The notes under the pieces: generated by a model
The model's input: only the letters and a program-made list of their open reading frames with translations
Told to the model about the DNA's origin: nothing
Database searches by the model: none
NCBI GenBank assembly: GCA_036745495.1
Contig: DAIOGA010000003.1
Location: 15,318 to 79,317 of the forward strand
DNA from: Candidatus Methylopumilus sp.
GTDB taxonomy: Bacteria; Pseudomonadota; Gammaproteobacteria; Burkholderiales; Methylophilaceae
DNA length: 64,000 bases
Direction of reading: 5' to 3'
Shown: positions 9,833 through 21,046 of the stretch, in pieces
Layout of the letters: each line of letters starts with the position of its first letter
Numbering within the stretch: the stretch's first letter is position 1
Program-made: the position numbers and the translations under genes

Positions 9833-10456
9833 ATGTTTAAAGATCATTTAAAAAAAATATCTACCACTGCAGTCGCTATGATTATTTTCTCCTTAGCAGC
9901 TTCAACTGCTCTAAGCATTTCTTATTTCATTACAAAATCACCTATTGATGAGAGCGACGCTAAAGCAAAGCGCATATTTTTAAATCAAGTAATTCCCGCA
10001 GATCTTTATGATAATAATCTTGTGAAAGATACAATTTCCATTGAGCCGAGCCCTATGTTAGGAAATAAAAAGAATATTGATGTCTATCGAGCGAAGAAAA
10101 AAAATCAAGTGATTGCAGTCATCATTGAATCTGTCGCCCCGGATGGTTATAGCGGTGAAATCAAAACGCTCGTAGGGATTGATAAAGAAGATAAAATATT
10201 AGGTGTAAGGGTAATTGCTCATAAAGAAACTCCTGGCTTAGGAGACTATATTGAAATTGACAAAAGTCAGTGGATTAAAAATTTTGATCTCAAGTCTTTG
10301 GATAAAATAAGTGAAAAACAATGGGCTGTTAAAAAAGATGGGGGTGATTTTGATTACGTCTCCGGAGCAACAATCACGCCTCGAGCCGTCATTAAGTCTA
10401 CCTATAAATGCCTTCTTTACGTAAAAGAAAATAAAAAAAGGTTATTCACATCATGA
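9833..10456 (+). CDS. rsxG: Rnf/Rsx subunit G
   Basis: APDGYSG, HKETPGLGD and SGATIT FMN motif; ATG 9833 chosen as start. Confidence 0.93.
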   Translation: MFKDHLKKISTTAVAMIIFSLAASTALSISYFITKSPIDESDAKAKRIFLNQVIPADLYDNNLVKDTISIEPSPMLGNKKNIDVYRAKKKNQVIAVIIESVAPDGYSGEIKTLVGIDKEDKILGVRVIAHKETPGLGDYIEIDKSQWIKNFDLKSLDKISEKQWAVKKDGGDFDYVSGATITPRAVIKSTYKCLLYVKENKKRLFTS

Positions 10457-11082
10457 GTGATATTAAAAAAATTGCATTGGATGGATTTTGGAAACAAAAT
10501 CCTGGTGTAGTTCAGCTTCTCGGACTATGTCCAACTCTGGCGGTCACAACTTCTATGATTAATGGATTAAGTCTTGGCATCGCCACAGCAATTGTGATGG
10601 CTGTATCAAATGCTTCCGTATCGCCCATTCGTAAATTTATTCCGACCGAAATTAGAGTCCCGGTTTTTATTCTTATCATAGCCTCGCTTGTAACTATTAT
10701 TGATTTCAGCATTCATGCTTTCATTCAGCCGCTTTACAAAGCTTTGGGCATTTTTATTCCATTGATCGTAACTAATTGTATTGTTTTGGCTCGCGTCGAA
10801 TCTTTCGCTGCAAAAAACGAAACATCATCTTCATTTTTTGATGGGCTTTTTATGGGCCTTGGCTTAGCTATGGTTTTAACTCTTCTTGGCGGATTAAGAG
10901 AGTTCTTTGGTAAAGGCACTTTATTCTCTGGTATTGATCTTATTTTAGGCCCTTCAGCTAGTAATTTAGTAGTTCATTTTTTTGGTGACTACCATGGTTT
11001 TCTTTTAGCTATTCTTCCTCCTGGAGCCTTTATTGGCTTGGCTTGTCTCATTGCATTAAAAAATCGCATCGAAGCTCGCTAA
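10453..11082 (+). CDS. rsxE: Rnf/Rsx subunit E
   Basis: LLGLCPTLAVT, IPLIVTNC and LPPGAF. Confidence 0.95.
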   Translation: MSDIKKIALDGFWKQNPGVVQLLGLCPTLAVTTSMINGLSLGIATAIVMAVSNASVSPIRKFIPTEIRVPVFILIIASLVTIIDFSIHAFIQPLYKALGIFIPLIVTNCIVLARVESFAAKNETSSSFFDGLFMGLGLAMVLTLLGGLREFFGKGTLFSGIDLILGPSASNLVVHFFGDYHGFLLAILPPGAFIGLACLIALKNRIEAR

Positions 11083-11091
11083 TTCATTTTT

Positions 11092-11727
11092 ATGAACCCT
11101 CAGAAGCGGTTTAAGATTTTTGAAGCGCTATCAAAAAATACGCCTCATCCCACTACTGAACTTATTTATCAAACACCTTTTCAGCTCCTGATCGCAGTTA
11201 TTTTATCAGCACAAGCGACTGACAAATCCGTGAATAAAGCTACCTTATTGCTATTTGATAAAGCATCAAATGCAAGAGAATTATCCCAATTGAAATTAAG
11301 TGATATTGAGTCTTGCATAAAAACTATTGGGCTCTACAAAACAAAAGCGAAAAATATACTTGAAACAGCAAAGATTGTGCATGCCAAATTTAAAGGTGAA
11401 GTACCTCATGATCGTTTATTACTTGAAGCGCTTCCTGGTGTTGGACGAAAAACAGCTAACGTTATTTTAAATACAATTTTTAATGAGCCCGCAATTGCGG
11501 TTGATACACATATATTTAGAATTTCAAATCGAATAAATATAGCGCCAGGAGAAAATGTACTTCAAGTAGAAAAAAAATTAATGAAAGTTACGCCAAAAGA
11601 ATTTTTAAAGGATGCACACCACTTATTGATTCTTCATGGGAGATATACTTGCACAGCAAGGCTTCCAAAATGCAGCGATTGTGTAATTAACGATTTATGT
11701 GAGTATAAGAAAAAAATTATTAATTAA
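11092..11727 (+). CDS. nth: Endonuclease III
   Basis: LSAQATD, HhH motif LPGVGRKTAN, VDTH and C-terminal Cx6Cx2Cx5C Fe-S motif. Confidence 0.97.
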   Translation: MNPQKRFKIFEALSKNTPHPTTELIYQTPFQLLIAVILSAQATDKSVNKATLLLFDKASNARELSQLKLSDIESCIKTIGLYKTKAKNILETAKIVHAKFKGEVPHDRLLLEALPGVGRKTANVILNTIFNEPAIAVDTHIFRISNRINIAPGENVLQVEKKLMKVTPKEFLKDAHHLLILHGRYTCTARLPKCSDCVINDLCEYKKKIIN

Positions 11728-11897
11728 AACGAAATAAGATTGATCTGTCTTTGCGTTGCTAATTGAGTAATCTCTTTTTTTTGATCATCAGTGAATGATA
11801 TCCATTTAGAAATTTCCTCTTCACTTCTAAAGCATCCGTCACAAAACTGATGTTCTTTATTAATATGGCAAACGCCAATACAAGGAGATTCAACCAA
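11724..11897 (-). CDS. DUF1289-family small Cys-rich protein (57 aa)
   Basis: Not in the ORF track. TTG start gives MVESPCIGVCHINKEHQFCDGCFRSEEEISKWISFTDDQKKEI..., matching the SPCxxxC...CxGCxRxxxEIxxW pattern of DUF1289. Confidence 0.85.
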   Translation of the reverse strand: MVESPCIGVCHINKEHQFCDGCFRSEEEISKWISFTDDQKKEITQLATQRQINLISF

Positions 11898-11915
11898 AAC
11901 AATAAACTTTCTTAA

Positions 11916-14585
11916 TTAGTCTAAAGTACCGTGGCATTGTTTATATTTTTTATTACTTCCGCATGGACATGGATCGTTTCTGCCAACTTTAGGCAAAGCA
12001 TTTTCTGCGTCGTCTTTTTTTCTAGATGATTTCTTAACTTCATCTTTATTTTTTTCATCAATCTCGTTGACTTCATCCTCATTCTTAATCTTTACAACCA
12101 TAGTAATGCGTGTAACTTCAGTTTTAACTGTATCTAGAAGATATCCGAATAATTCAAATGCCTCTTTTTTATATTCTTGCTTAGGATTCTTTTGAGCATA
12201 AGATCTAAGATGTATACCTTGCCTTAAATGATCAAGAGATGACAAATGCTCTCTCCAGTGTTGATCAATACTTTGTAACATCACTGTTTTTTCGAAATGC
12301 CGAATAATGTCTTTGCCGACTAAAGACTCTTTTTCTTGATATTGCTTATTAGCTAGCGTAATGACTCTCTCATAAATATCTTCTATATCAATCTGAGGCT
12401 CTTTATCAATCCATGCTTTGATAGAAAGATTTAAACCATAATCGGAAAATAAAATTTTCTCTAAGGATGCAATATCCCACATATCTTCCATGCTGCCTGG
12501 CGGGATATACCCTTGCATGAGTTCACTAAGCACGTCTGCTCTCATCGCAGCAATTGTCTCTGATGTATGGTCAGAATCAAGCAATTCATTTCTTTGTTCA
12601 TAAATTACTTTTCTTTGGTCATTTGCGACATCATCGTATTCAAGCAGCTGCTTTCTAATATCAAAATTGCGCCCTTCCACTTTTCTTTGAGCATTTTCAA
12701 TTGCTTTTGTCACCCATGAATGCTCAATAGCTTCGCCTTCTGGCATCTTAAGCTTTTCCATAATGGCTGAAACGCGATCAGACGCAAATATTCTTAATAA
12801 TGAATCCTCTAGAGATAAATAAAATCGACTAGATCCAGGATCTCCTTGTCTTCCTGCGCGTCCTCTTAACTGATTGTCTACACGTCTTGATTCGTGTCTC
12901 TCAGTGCCGATAATATGAAGTCCGCCTGCTTTAACTACTAAGCTATTCTGCTCTTTCCATCCATCCTTAAGCGCTTTAATTTCTTTTTCTTTTTTGCTTT
13001 CGGTTAATTTATCGTTCACTTTAATATCATGAATATCAGTTTCAATACTTCCACCAAGCACAATATCTGTTCCGCGACCTGCCATATTAGTTGCAATAGT
13101 AATCATGCCCGGACGCCCCGCTTGCGCAATAATATGTGCTTCTTTTTCATGATGCTTCGCATTCAATACTTGATGCTTTAATTTTGCTTTTGTAAGTAAT
13201 GCTGAAATAAGCTCTGAATTTTCAATTGAAGTAGTGCCCACTAATACCGGTTGATCAATCTTTTGACATGCCTTGATATCTTCAATAACTGCAGCATATC
13301 GCTCTTGTGAAGTGCGATACACTTTATCCATCATGTCTTTTCTTTGTGTCGTTCGATGGGGGGGAATAATAATAGTTTCTAAACCGTAAATCTGACTAAA
13401 TTCATAAGCTTCTGTATCAGCTGTACCTGTCATCCCAGATAGTTTTTGATACATCCTAAAATAATTTTGGAATGTAATAGAAGCGAGCGTTTGATTTTCT
13501 TTTTGTATTTCAACACCTTCTTTGGCCTCAACAGCCTGATGAATACCTTCTGACCATCTGCGGCCCGGCATCATTCTTCCTGTAAATTCATCGACAATAA
13601 TGATGCTGTTATCTCGAACAACATAATGCTGATCTTTATTAAATAAGCTTCTTGCTTTTAATGAAGCATTAATATGATGCACGAGTGAAATATTCGTTGC
13701 ATCATATAAACTCGATTGTTCAGATAACAATCCTGCTTTAATTAATAACTTCTCTACATTCTCATGGCCGCTTTCTGAAAGAACCACCTGATGTGCTTTT
13801 TCATCCACCCAGTAGTCGCCACTCTCTTCTTCGGTTTTTTGTCTTGAAAGCTTAGCAACTACTAAATTAATCTTAGTATAAAGATCAACGTTATCTTCAG
13901 CCTGTCCTGAAATAATAAGAGGCGTTCTTGCCTCGTCAATTAATATTGAGTCAACTTCATCAACTAAACCGTAATGTAATTTACGCTGAACACGCTCTTC
14001 TTTAGAGAAGATCATGTTGTCTCTTAAATAATCAAATCCGAATTCATTGTTTGTGCCATAGGTGATATCTGCTTGATAGGCTTTTTTCTTTTCTTCACTT
14101 GAAATATTGGATAAATTAATACCAACTTCTAAACCTAAGAATCTATATATCTGACCCATCCACTCAGCATCTCGTTTTGCAAGATAGTCATTGACTGTAA
14201 TAACATGAACACCTTTACCTTCTAAGGCATTAAGATACGTAGGTAATGTAGCAACAAGCGTCTTACCTTCTCCTGTTCGCATTTCTGAAATTTTTCCGTC
14301 ATGAAGCGCCATGCCACCAATAAGTTGCACATCAAAATGACGCATTTCCAATACACGTCGACTTGCTTCTCTCACGACAGCAAAAGCCTCAACCAGCAAA
14401 TCATCTATCTTTTGTCCTTCGTTAAGACGTTTTTTAAATTCTGAAGTTTTAGCTTTTAGAGCTGCATCACTCAGTTTTTTAGTTGCTTCTTCTAATGAAT
14501 TTATTTGGTGAACTTTTTTTCCATATTCTTTGAGGAGTCTATCGTTTCTACTACCAAATAAATTTTTAACAATGGTCTTTAACAT
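11916..14585 (-). CDS. secA: Preprotein translocase ATPase SecA
   Basis: [27 protein letters not shown] and C-terminal [10 protein letters not shown] zinc motif. Confidence 0.99.
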   Translation of the reverse strand: MLKTIVKNLFGSRNDRLLKEYGKKVHQINSLEEATKKLSDAALKAKTSEFKKRLNEGQKIDDLLVEAFAVVREASRRVLEMRHFDVQLIGGMALHDGKISEMRTGEGKTLVATLPTYLNALEGKGVHVITVNDYLAKRDAEWMGQIYRFLGLEVGINLSNISSEEKKKAYQADITYGTNNEFGFDYLRDNMIFSKEERVQRKLHYGLVDEVDSILIDEARTPLIISGQAEDNVDLYTKINLVVAKLSRQKTEEESGDYWVDEKAHQVVLSESGHENVEKLLIKAGLLSEQSSLYDATNISLVHHINASLKARSLFNKDQHYVVRDNSIIIVDEFTGRMMPGRRWSEGIHQAVEAKEGVEIQKENQTLASITFQNYFRMYQKLSGMTGTADTEAYEFSQIYGLETIIIPPHRTTQRKDMMDKVYRTSQERYAAVIEDIKACQKIDQPVLVGTTSIENSELISALLTKAKLKHQVLNAKHHEKEAHIIAQAGRPGMITIATNMAGRGTDIVLGGSIETDIHDIKVNDKLTESKKEKEIKALKDGWKEQNSLVVKAGGLHIIGTERHESRRVDNQLRGRAGRQGDPGSSRFYLSLEDSLLRIFASDRVSAIMEKLKMPEGEAIEHSWVTKAIENAQRKVEGRNFDIRKQLLEYDDVANDQRKVIYEQRNELLDSDHTSETIAAMRADVLSELMQGYIPPGSMEDMWDIASLEKILFSDYGLNLSIKAWIDKEPQIDIEDIYERVITLANKQYQEKESLVGKDIIRHFEKTVMLQSIDQHWREHLSSLDHLRQGIHLRSYAQKNPKQEYKKEAFELFGYLLDTVKTEVTRITMVVKIKNEDEVNEIDEKNKDEVKKSSRKKDDAENALPKVGRNDPCPCGSNKKYKQCHGTLD

Positions 14586-14621
14586 AATATAAATATTCTT
14601 AATCGAGATAATTTGAAATAA

Positions 14622-15512
14622 TTAAAATTGAAGATACTTGCGAGGATCTAAAGATTCACCATTCATTCTAATTTCATAATGAAGATGTGGCCCTGTTGAT
14701 CTTCCAGTATTACCTACTAGTGCTATAACCTGATTCTTTTTAATACGGTCGCCCTCTTTAACTAATAATTTAGATGCATGTGCATATCGTGTTTCAAGTC
14801 CAGACCCATGAGAAATACGAACTATATTGCCATATTCAGGAGTTATTTCGGCTGCTATCACAATACCTGCTGCAGTTGCCTTAATAGGTTGACCAACATC
14901 TGCGCTAAAATCTAACCCTTCATGAAACGCTCTTACTCCCAAAAAAGGATCCACCCTCCAGCCATAGCTTGATGAATTGAAAGGCGCATTAACAGGAGAA
15001 GCATTAGGCAGAGTGTCTTTAAAAACGCTTTGTTTAAGATAAATAGCTTCTAAATTATTGTAGTACTCTTCGTGTTTTTCAATATCAAGCGTTAGTTTAT
15101 CAATAAATGATTGAAGTTCAGTCTCTGAAAAATTTTTTTCGGGAACGAAGGGGCCGCCTTGACCAGATGATTTTATTGGTGCTGGTTTAGGTATCTTTTC
15201 ATTTGTTTTTAATTTCTCTTTAGCAAAATCTTGCAGTCTCTGAGATTGATTATCAATACGAATTAATCGGGCTTGAAGTTCGCCAATTTGGGTTGCATAA
15301 ACATCTAAATTCTTCTGAAAACTACCTAAATTAAGATCAAGTTTAAGGTTGATTAATGATTTTTTTTCTTCATCGCCACCGTTATATTTCGAATCAAGCC
15401 AGTTAATGCCTTGAATAAGCCCAATAAAAAGCAAAAAGATTATGGCAACAAAGGTTACTAAATGGATACTTTTTGGCTTTGATGTGCTATTTGTTACAAA
15501 GATAATTCGCAT
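14622..15512 (-). CDS. M23 family metallopeptidase
   Basis: N-terminal TM helix and coiled coil; HEGLDF (HxxxD), YAH and STGPHLHYE. Confidence 0.92.
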   Translation of the reverse strand: MRIIFVTNSTSKPKSIHLVTFVAIIFLLFIGLIQGINWLDSKYNGGDEEKKSLINLKLDLNLGSFQKNLDVYATQIGELQARLIRIDNQSQRLQDFAKEKLKTNEKIPKPAPIKSSGQGGPFVPEKNFSETELQSFIDKLTLDIEKHEEYYNNLEAIYLKQSVFKDTLPNASPVNAPFNSSSYGWRVDPFLGVRAFHEGLDFSADVGQPIKATAAGIVIAAEITPEYGNIVRISHGSGLETRYAHASKLLVKEGDRIKKNQVIALVGNTGRSTGPHLHYEIRMNGESLDPRKYLQF

Positions 15513-15554
15513 TGAAGTCTAAAATTTAGCTTAAATAATAGATAATTATAACTT

Positions 15555-15998
15555 ATGAAGCCCGTCAACAAGCTTTTGGAAAGTGAAGTATTTTCCTCGA
15601 TTAGAGAGAAAAATCGCTCTATTTCTAGCTATCAAAAGCTATGGTCTACCAAGGCCCCAAGTAAACTAGCCCCTTTATCTCATGTCGGCGGGATTCGAGA
15701 TGATATTTTGACTATTTATGTTGAAAATAGCGGTATTGCCAGCAAATTAAAGTTTATTGAATCCACCCTTCTCAAGGACTTAAATGAGGGTATTCAAAAA
15801 GAAATACCTTATGCCAATCCAATTAAGTCGTTAAAAATAAAATTGGTGATTAAAAATTCTAAAGTGACACTTACTCGATCTAAAAGTTTTCCTGTTCAGG
15901 CTAAATCAGCTTTCGAAAATCTACTCAGCAGTCTCGAGGACTCTCCTTTAAGGCATCGCCTCATTAAGCTCATTAAACATCATGCAAATACTGACTGA
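15555..15998 (+). CDS. dciA: DUF721/DciA-family helicase-loader protein
   Basis: Size, an LTIYVENSGIASKLKF-type KH-like core, and the conserved position divergent from M23-secA; sequence is divergent. Confidence 0.72.
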   Translation: MKPVNKLLESEVFSSIREKNRSISSYQKLWSTKAPSKLAPLSHVGGIRDDILTIYVENSGIASKLKFIESTLLKDLNEGIQKEIPYANPIKSLKIKLVIKNSKVTLTRSKSFPVQAKSAFENLLSSLEDSPLRHRLIKLIKHHANTD

Positions 15999-16785
15999 AG
16001 CATCCATACTCATTATTGCTGGAAGCCTTGTTGGTACATTATCTGGACTTCTTGGTATTGGTGGCGGCCTTATCATTGTCCCTCTTCTGGCTTATGTCTT
16101 AATTCATTTTCATCAAGTTGCTTTTGATCAAGCAATGCTCATGGCCATTGGAACTTCTCTCGCCTCTATTATTTTTACAGGGGGGGTGTCGAGTTTTTTT
16201 CATACAAAACAGAACAATATGAGTTGGTCAACGGCGGCACATTACATTCCTGGGGTTTTTTTTGGTTCTTTAGCTATGGCTTTTATCATCCCTCATTTAA
16301 ATATTGCACTCATTAAGCACGCTTTTATTATCTACACTTTTCTTGCTGCCTATGAAATTTTTAAGTCTCCTAAAATCAAAAGCTCAGTTCAATTGCCGTC
16401 TTTTATTTTTGCTAATCTTTATGGATTCACAATAGGCTCTATCTCCACCATTATTGGAATTGGCGGAGGCACTATGTTTGTACCTTATTTTATTTATCAT
16501 AAAGTTAATCCTAGGCTTGCTGTTGGATTGTCTAGCTCGCTAGGGGTATTTATAGGACTAGGCGCTTCATTTGGATTTATTAAAAATGGCTTACATTTAA
16601 ACCAGCTACCTCAATTTAGTATCGGCTACATCTATTTACCAGGGCTTATATTCATGACGGCTTCGAGTCTTATTTTTGTGAGGCTCGCAACAAAATGGAT
16701 ACATCAAATTTCTATTTCAACATTAAAAAAAATATTCGCTTGTCTATTAATTTTAATAGGCTTGTCAATGCTTTTTACAGGCTAA
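15982..16785 (+). CDS. TauE/SafE (TSUP) family permease
   Basis: GLLGIGGGLIIVP, AIGTSLA and a second IGIGGG repeat; strongly hydrophobic. Confidence 0.88.
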   Translation: MQILTEASILIIAGSLVGTLSGLLGIGGGLIIVPLLAYVLIHFHQVAFDQAMLMAIGTSLASIIFTGGVSSFFHTKQNNMSWSTAAHYIPGVFFGSLAMAFIIPHLNIALIKHAFIIYTFLAAYEIFKSPKIKSSVQLPSFIFANLYGFTIGSISTIIGIGGGTMFVPYFIYHKVNPRLAVGLSSSLGVFIGLGASFGFIKNGLHLNQLPQFSIGYIYLPGLIFMTASSLIFVRLATKWIHQISISTLKKIFACLLILIGLSMLFTG

Positions 16786-16887
16786 TCTGTAATTAAAATA
16801 TTAAGTTTAGTAGTGACAAAGTTATTGAATGTGATAATTTATCGTATAAGTTTTTCATTTTAAGATTTCCAAAATTTAGGAGTATGT

Positions 16888-18912
16888 ATGTCAGAACTTA
16901 ACCTTATTATTGGCGCGGCACTCTTAGCAATTCTTTATGGTGCGGTCATGAGTGCATGGATATTTAAACTGCCAGCTGGTAATTCAAAAATGCAGGCAAT
17001 CGCCCTAGCTATTCAAGAAGGCGCTAAAGCTTATCTTGCAAGACAATATAAAGCGATATCAATTGTAGGTATTGTTTTAACAATTCTCATTGGTATGTTT
17101 ATCTCCAAAGATACGGCATTAGGCTTTGTCATTGGCGCACTTCTCTCTGGCGCTTGTGGATTTATTGGTATGAACGTTTCTGTCAAAGCAAATGTGAGAA
17201 CAGCTCAAGCTGCTACAAAAGGCATTGTGCCAGCACTTGATGTCGCCTTTAAAGGTGGCGCTATTACAGGATTGCTTGTGGTCGGGCTTGGTCTTCTTGG
17301 CGTAACAGGTTTTTATATGTATCTAGGTGGTGCTGAAGCTACTAATTTAAATCCTCTGATCGGACTCGCTTTTGGCTCCTCACTTATTTCAATTTTTGCT
17401 CGTTTAGGCGGCGGCATCTTCACTAAGGGTGCAGACGTAGGTGCTGACTTAGTGGGTAAAGTTGAAGCAGGTATACCAGAAGATGACCCAAGAAATCCAG
17501 CTGTAATTGCAGATAACGTTGGTGATAATGTAGGCGATTGTGCAGGTATGGCAGCAGATTTATTCGAAACTTATGCGGTAACTTTAATTGCAACTATGGT
17601 TCTTGGTGGCCTTATGATCACCAACAATGGTGCAAGCGGCATTATCTACCCTCTCTTATTGGGCGCAGCTTCTATCGTGACATCGATTGTTGGATGTTTC
17701 TTTGTAAGAGCAACTCCTAAAATGAAAAATGTTATGCCCGCTTTATATAAAGGTCTCATCGTAGCAGGTGGACTCTCACTTGTAGCTTTCTACTATGTTA
17801 CAAACTTTGTTTTTCCCGAAGGTGTTTCAATACAGAATGTAAATGTATCTTCAATGGCTCTATTCCAAGCATGTATCGTAGGTTTGGTATTAACAGCAGC
17901 TTTAGTATGGATTACAGAATATTACACTGGCACTGATTACGAACCTGTAAGACATGTAGCGCGCGCTTCAAAAACAGGTCACGCCACAAATATTATTGCG
18001 GGTATTGGTATCTCGATGAAATCTACCGCACTTCCTGTTATCTCTGTTTGTATTGCAATCTTTGTGTCTCATCACCTCGCGGGTCTTTATGGTGTCGCCG
18101 TTGCTGCAACATCAATGTTAAGTATGGCTGGTATTATCGTGGCATTAGACGCATACGGTCCAATTACTGATAACGCTGGCGGTATTGCTGAAATGGCTGG
18201 ATTACCAAAGAGCGTTCGCGATGTTACTGATCCATTAGATGCTGTTGGCAATACAACTAAAGCAGTAACTAAAGGTTATGCGATTGGATCAGCCGGTCTT
18301 GCAGCGCTTGTTCTTTTTGCAGACTACACACATAAATTAGAGTCTGTGGGTATTGCAACTACTTTTGATTTAAGTGATCCATTAGTTATTATTGGATTAA
18401 TTATTGGCGGTCTTATTCCTTACCTTTTTGCTGCGATGGCAATGGAAGCAGTAGGAAGAGCTGCTGGTGCAGTTGTAGAAGAAGTAAGACGACAATTCAA
18501 AACTATTAAGGGCATCATGACTGGCAAAGGTAAGCCTGATTATGCAAGAGCTGTAGATATGTTAACGACAGCTGCTATTAAAGAAATGATTGTTCCTTCA
18601 TTGCTTCCTGTAGCCGTTCCTATCGCAGTAGGATTATCTCTAGGGCCTAAAGCTTTGGGCGGTCTTCTTATGGGTACCATTGTGACGGGATTATTTGTAG
18701 CAATCTCAATGTGTACAGGCGGAGGCGCTTGGGATAATGCGAAGAAATATATTGAAGATGGTAATCACGGTGGCAAAGGTTCAGAAGCTCATAAAGCAGC
18801 TGTTACTGGTGATACTGTAGGTGATCCTTATAAAGATACTGCAGGCCCTGCGATTAACCCGCTCATTAAAATTATTAACATTGTGGCTCTTCTTATTGTG
18901 CCGCTTCTTTAA
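16888..18912 (+). CDS. hppA: Membrane-bound H+-translocating pyrophosphatase (K+-independent type)
   Basis: [35 protein letters not shown] and GNTTKA; SD AGGAG. Confidence 0.96.
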   Translation: MSELNLIIGAALLAILYGAVMSAWIFKLPAGNSKMQAIALAIQEGAKAYLARQYKAISIVGIVLTILIGMFISKDTALGFVIGALLSGACGFIGMNVSVKANVRTAQAATKGIVPALDVAFKGGAITGLLVVGLGLLGVTGFYMYLGGAEATNLNPLIGLAFGSSLISIFARLGGGIFTKGADVGADLVGKVEAGIPEDDPRNPAVIADNVGDNVGDCAGMAADLFETYAVTLIATMVLGGLMITNNGASGIIYPLLLGAASIVTSIVGCFFVRATPKMKNVMPALYKGLIVAGGLSLVAFYYVTNFVFPEGVSIQNVNVSSMALFQACIVGLVLTAALVWITEYYTGTDYEPVRHVARASKTGHATNIIAGIGISMKSTALPVISVCIAIFVSHHLAGLYGVAVAATSMLSMAGIIVALDAYGPITDNAGGIAEMAGLPKSVRDVTDPLDAVGNTTKAVTKGYAIGSAGLAALVLFADYTHKLESVGIATTFDLSDPLVIIGLIIGGLIPYLFAAMAMEAVGRAAGAVVEEVRRQFKTIKGIMTGKGKPDYARAVDMLTTAAIKEMIVPSLLPVAVPIAVGLSLGPKALGGLLMGTIVTGLFVAISMCTGGGAWDNAKKYIEDGNHGGKGSEAHKAAVTGDTVGDPYKDTAGPAINPLIKIINIVALLIVPLL

Positions 18913-18923
18913 TTTTGATGCAT

Positions 18924-18953
18924 AAAAAAAGGCGCCTTATAGGCGCCTTTTTT
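18924..18953. terminator. Bidirectional intrinsic terminator
   Basis: AAAAAAAGGCGCCT-TAT-AGGCGCCTTTTTT between convergent hppA and purC. Confidence 0.92.
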
Positions 18954-18959
18954 ATTTAA

Positions 18960-19859
18960 TTATTTTTTAATATCTTGGCCTGTAAGTTTTTGAAAAGCCT
19001 CTAAATATTTTTGACTAGTTTTCGTAATCACATCTAATGGTAAAGAAGGGGGTGGGGGTGTTTTATTCCATCCGCTACTTTCTAACCAATCCCTAATAAA
19101 TTGTTTATCAAAACTTGGTTGAGATGTACCTTCGCGATATTGATCCAAAGGCCAAAAACGAGAAGAGTCCGGCGTTAATATTTCATCAATAAGCACTAAA
19201 TTATTTTTGTCATCCAAACCGAATTCAAATTTTGTATCCGCAATAATAATGCCTTTTGTCAATGCGAAAGCCGATGCTTCTTGATATAACTTAATACTAA
19301 TTTCTTTAATACGTGATGCAATCTCTTTTCCAATACGAGCCTCACATTCTTCGTATGAAATGTTTTCATCGTGTTGCCCGACCGCTTCCTTACTGGAAGG
19401 TGTAAATATAGGCTCATTTAATTTTGCAGATTCTTTTAAGCCTTGTGGAAGTTTTATGCCACATACTGTTTGTGTATTTTGATAATCTTTCCAGCCACTG
19501 CCTGATAAATAACCCCGAACAATAGCTTCAATAGGAAGTGCTTTTAATTTACGTGCGACAATAGCGCGATTTTTCACTTGAGCAACTTCGTTTTCAGATA
19601 CAACACTTTCGGGTGTAATACCTGATAAATGATTTGCAACCACATAAGAAAGTTTTTGAAACCAAAAATCAGCCATTTGTGTAAGTACAAATCCTTTGTA
19701 AGGAATAGGCTCATTCATCACAACATCAAATGCTGATAATCGGTCTGTCGTTACAATCAAAAGATGTTTATCATCAATCTCATATATATCTCTCACTTTA
19801 CCTTTGTGAAGCAAAGGAAGGCTTTTAATGGATGTTCCTATTAATTGGGTGTGAGCCAT
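18960..19859 (-). CDS. purC: SAICAR synthase
   Basis: GKVRDIY, TDRLSAFD, ADTKFEFG and DEILTPDSSRFW. Confidence 0.97.
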   Translation of the reverse strand: MAHTQLIGTSIKSLPLLHKGKVRDIYEIDDKHLLIVTTDRLSAFDVVMNEPIPYKGFVLTQMADFWFQKLSYVVANHLSGITPESVVSENEVAQVKNRAIVARKLKALPIEAIVRGYLSGSGWKDYQNTQTVCGIKLPQGLKESAKLNEPIFTPSSKEAVGQHDENISYEECEARIGKEIASRIKEISIKLYQEASAFALTKGIIIADTKFEFGLDDKNNLVLIDEILTPDSSRFWPLDQYREGTSQPSFDKQFIRDWLESSGWNKTPPPPSLPLDVITKTSQKYLEAFQKLTGQDIKK

Positions 19860-21035
19860 TTAAAATCTTCTTTCTAAAATTTCAATAGCAGGAAGTTTTT
19901 TGCCTTCTGCAAACTCTAAAAACGCACCGCCTGCTGTTGAAATATATGAAATATCTTTTGCAACATTAAATTTTTCTATTGCAGCAATCGTATCGCCACC
20001 TCCTGCAAGTGAGAATGCTTCAGAATTTGCAATCGCATGTGTCATCGTCTCAGTGCCCTTTGCGAATTGATCAAATTCAAATACTCCAACAGGCCCATTC
20101 CATATAATAGTTTTAGCATTATGAATACATTTCACAATTTCATTTACTGAATTTTTACCTAGATCAAATATCATGTCATCTTTATGAACGTCATTAATAT
20201 TTTTTGTAATGGCGACCTCATTGACGTCAAACTTTTTACCACAAACAACATCTGAAATAACTGGCAGAGAAGCGCCACGCTTTTTTAGTTTATCGATTAT
20301 TTTTCTAGCTGCAGGCACAAGATCCTCTTCGTACATGGAACTACCGATTTCAAACCCCATGGCTTTGATAAAAGTATTTGCAATACCACCACCCACAATA
20401 AGCTGATCTACTTTGTCAGATAAGGTATCTAATATGCTTAATTTTGAAGAGACTTTACTTCCACCTACAATGGCAATCATAGGCCTAGAAGGCTCTAATA
20501 ATGCTTTCTCAAGGGCTTCGAGTTCGGCTACAAATAGAATGCCTGCACAAGCAATCTTTGCATGTTCTGCAATACCGTATGTGGAAGCTTCTTTACGATG
20601 AGCTGTTCCAAATGCATCCATCACAAAAATATCTGTCAGTGAAGCATATTTTTTTGCTAATGCCTCATCATTTTTTTTCTCACCTACATTAAATCTGCAA
20701 TTTTCTAAAACTGTTAATTGACCTGGGGCAATATCAAACGAAGAATTAACCCAATCTGAAACAAGATGAACCGGATACGTAAGATGGCTCTGTAAGAAAT
20801 CAACTACAGGCTTAAGCGAATCCTCGCTACTATATTTTCCTTCTTCGGGTCTGCCTAAGTGGGATGTCACCATCACACTAGCGCCTTTTTGAAGAGCAAA
20901 TTCAATAGTGGGAATGGAAGCTAGAATTCTTTTAGGAGAGGTAATCTTTCCATCTTGAATGGGGACATTCAGATCTGAGCGAATAAAAACTCTTTTATCT
21001 TTAAGATCTAAATCGACAAGTCTTTTAATATTCAT
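19860..21035 (-). CDS. pgk: Phosphoglycerate kinase
   Basis: [21 protein letters not shown] and GGGDT. Confidence 0.97.
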   Translation of the reverse strand: MNIKRLVDLDLKDKRVFIRSDLNVPIQDGKITSPKRILASIPTIEFALQKGASVMVTSHLGRPEEGKYSSEDSLKPVVDFLQSHLTYPVHLVSDWVNSSFDIAPGQLTVLENCRFNVGEKKNDEALAKKYASLTDIFVMDAFGTAHRKEASTYGIAEHAKIACAGILFVAELEALEKALLEPSRPMIAIVGGSKVSSKLSILDTLSDKVDQLIVGGGIANTFIKAMGFEIGSSMYEEDLVPAARKIIDKLKKRGASLPVISDVVCGKKFDVNEVAITKNINDVHKDDMIFDLGKNSVNEIVKCIHNAKTIIWNGPVGVFEFDQFAKGTETMTHAIANSEAFSLAGGGDTIAAIEKFNVAKDISYISTAGGAFLEFAEGKKLPAIEILERRF

Positions 21036-21046
21036 TAAACAACTAT

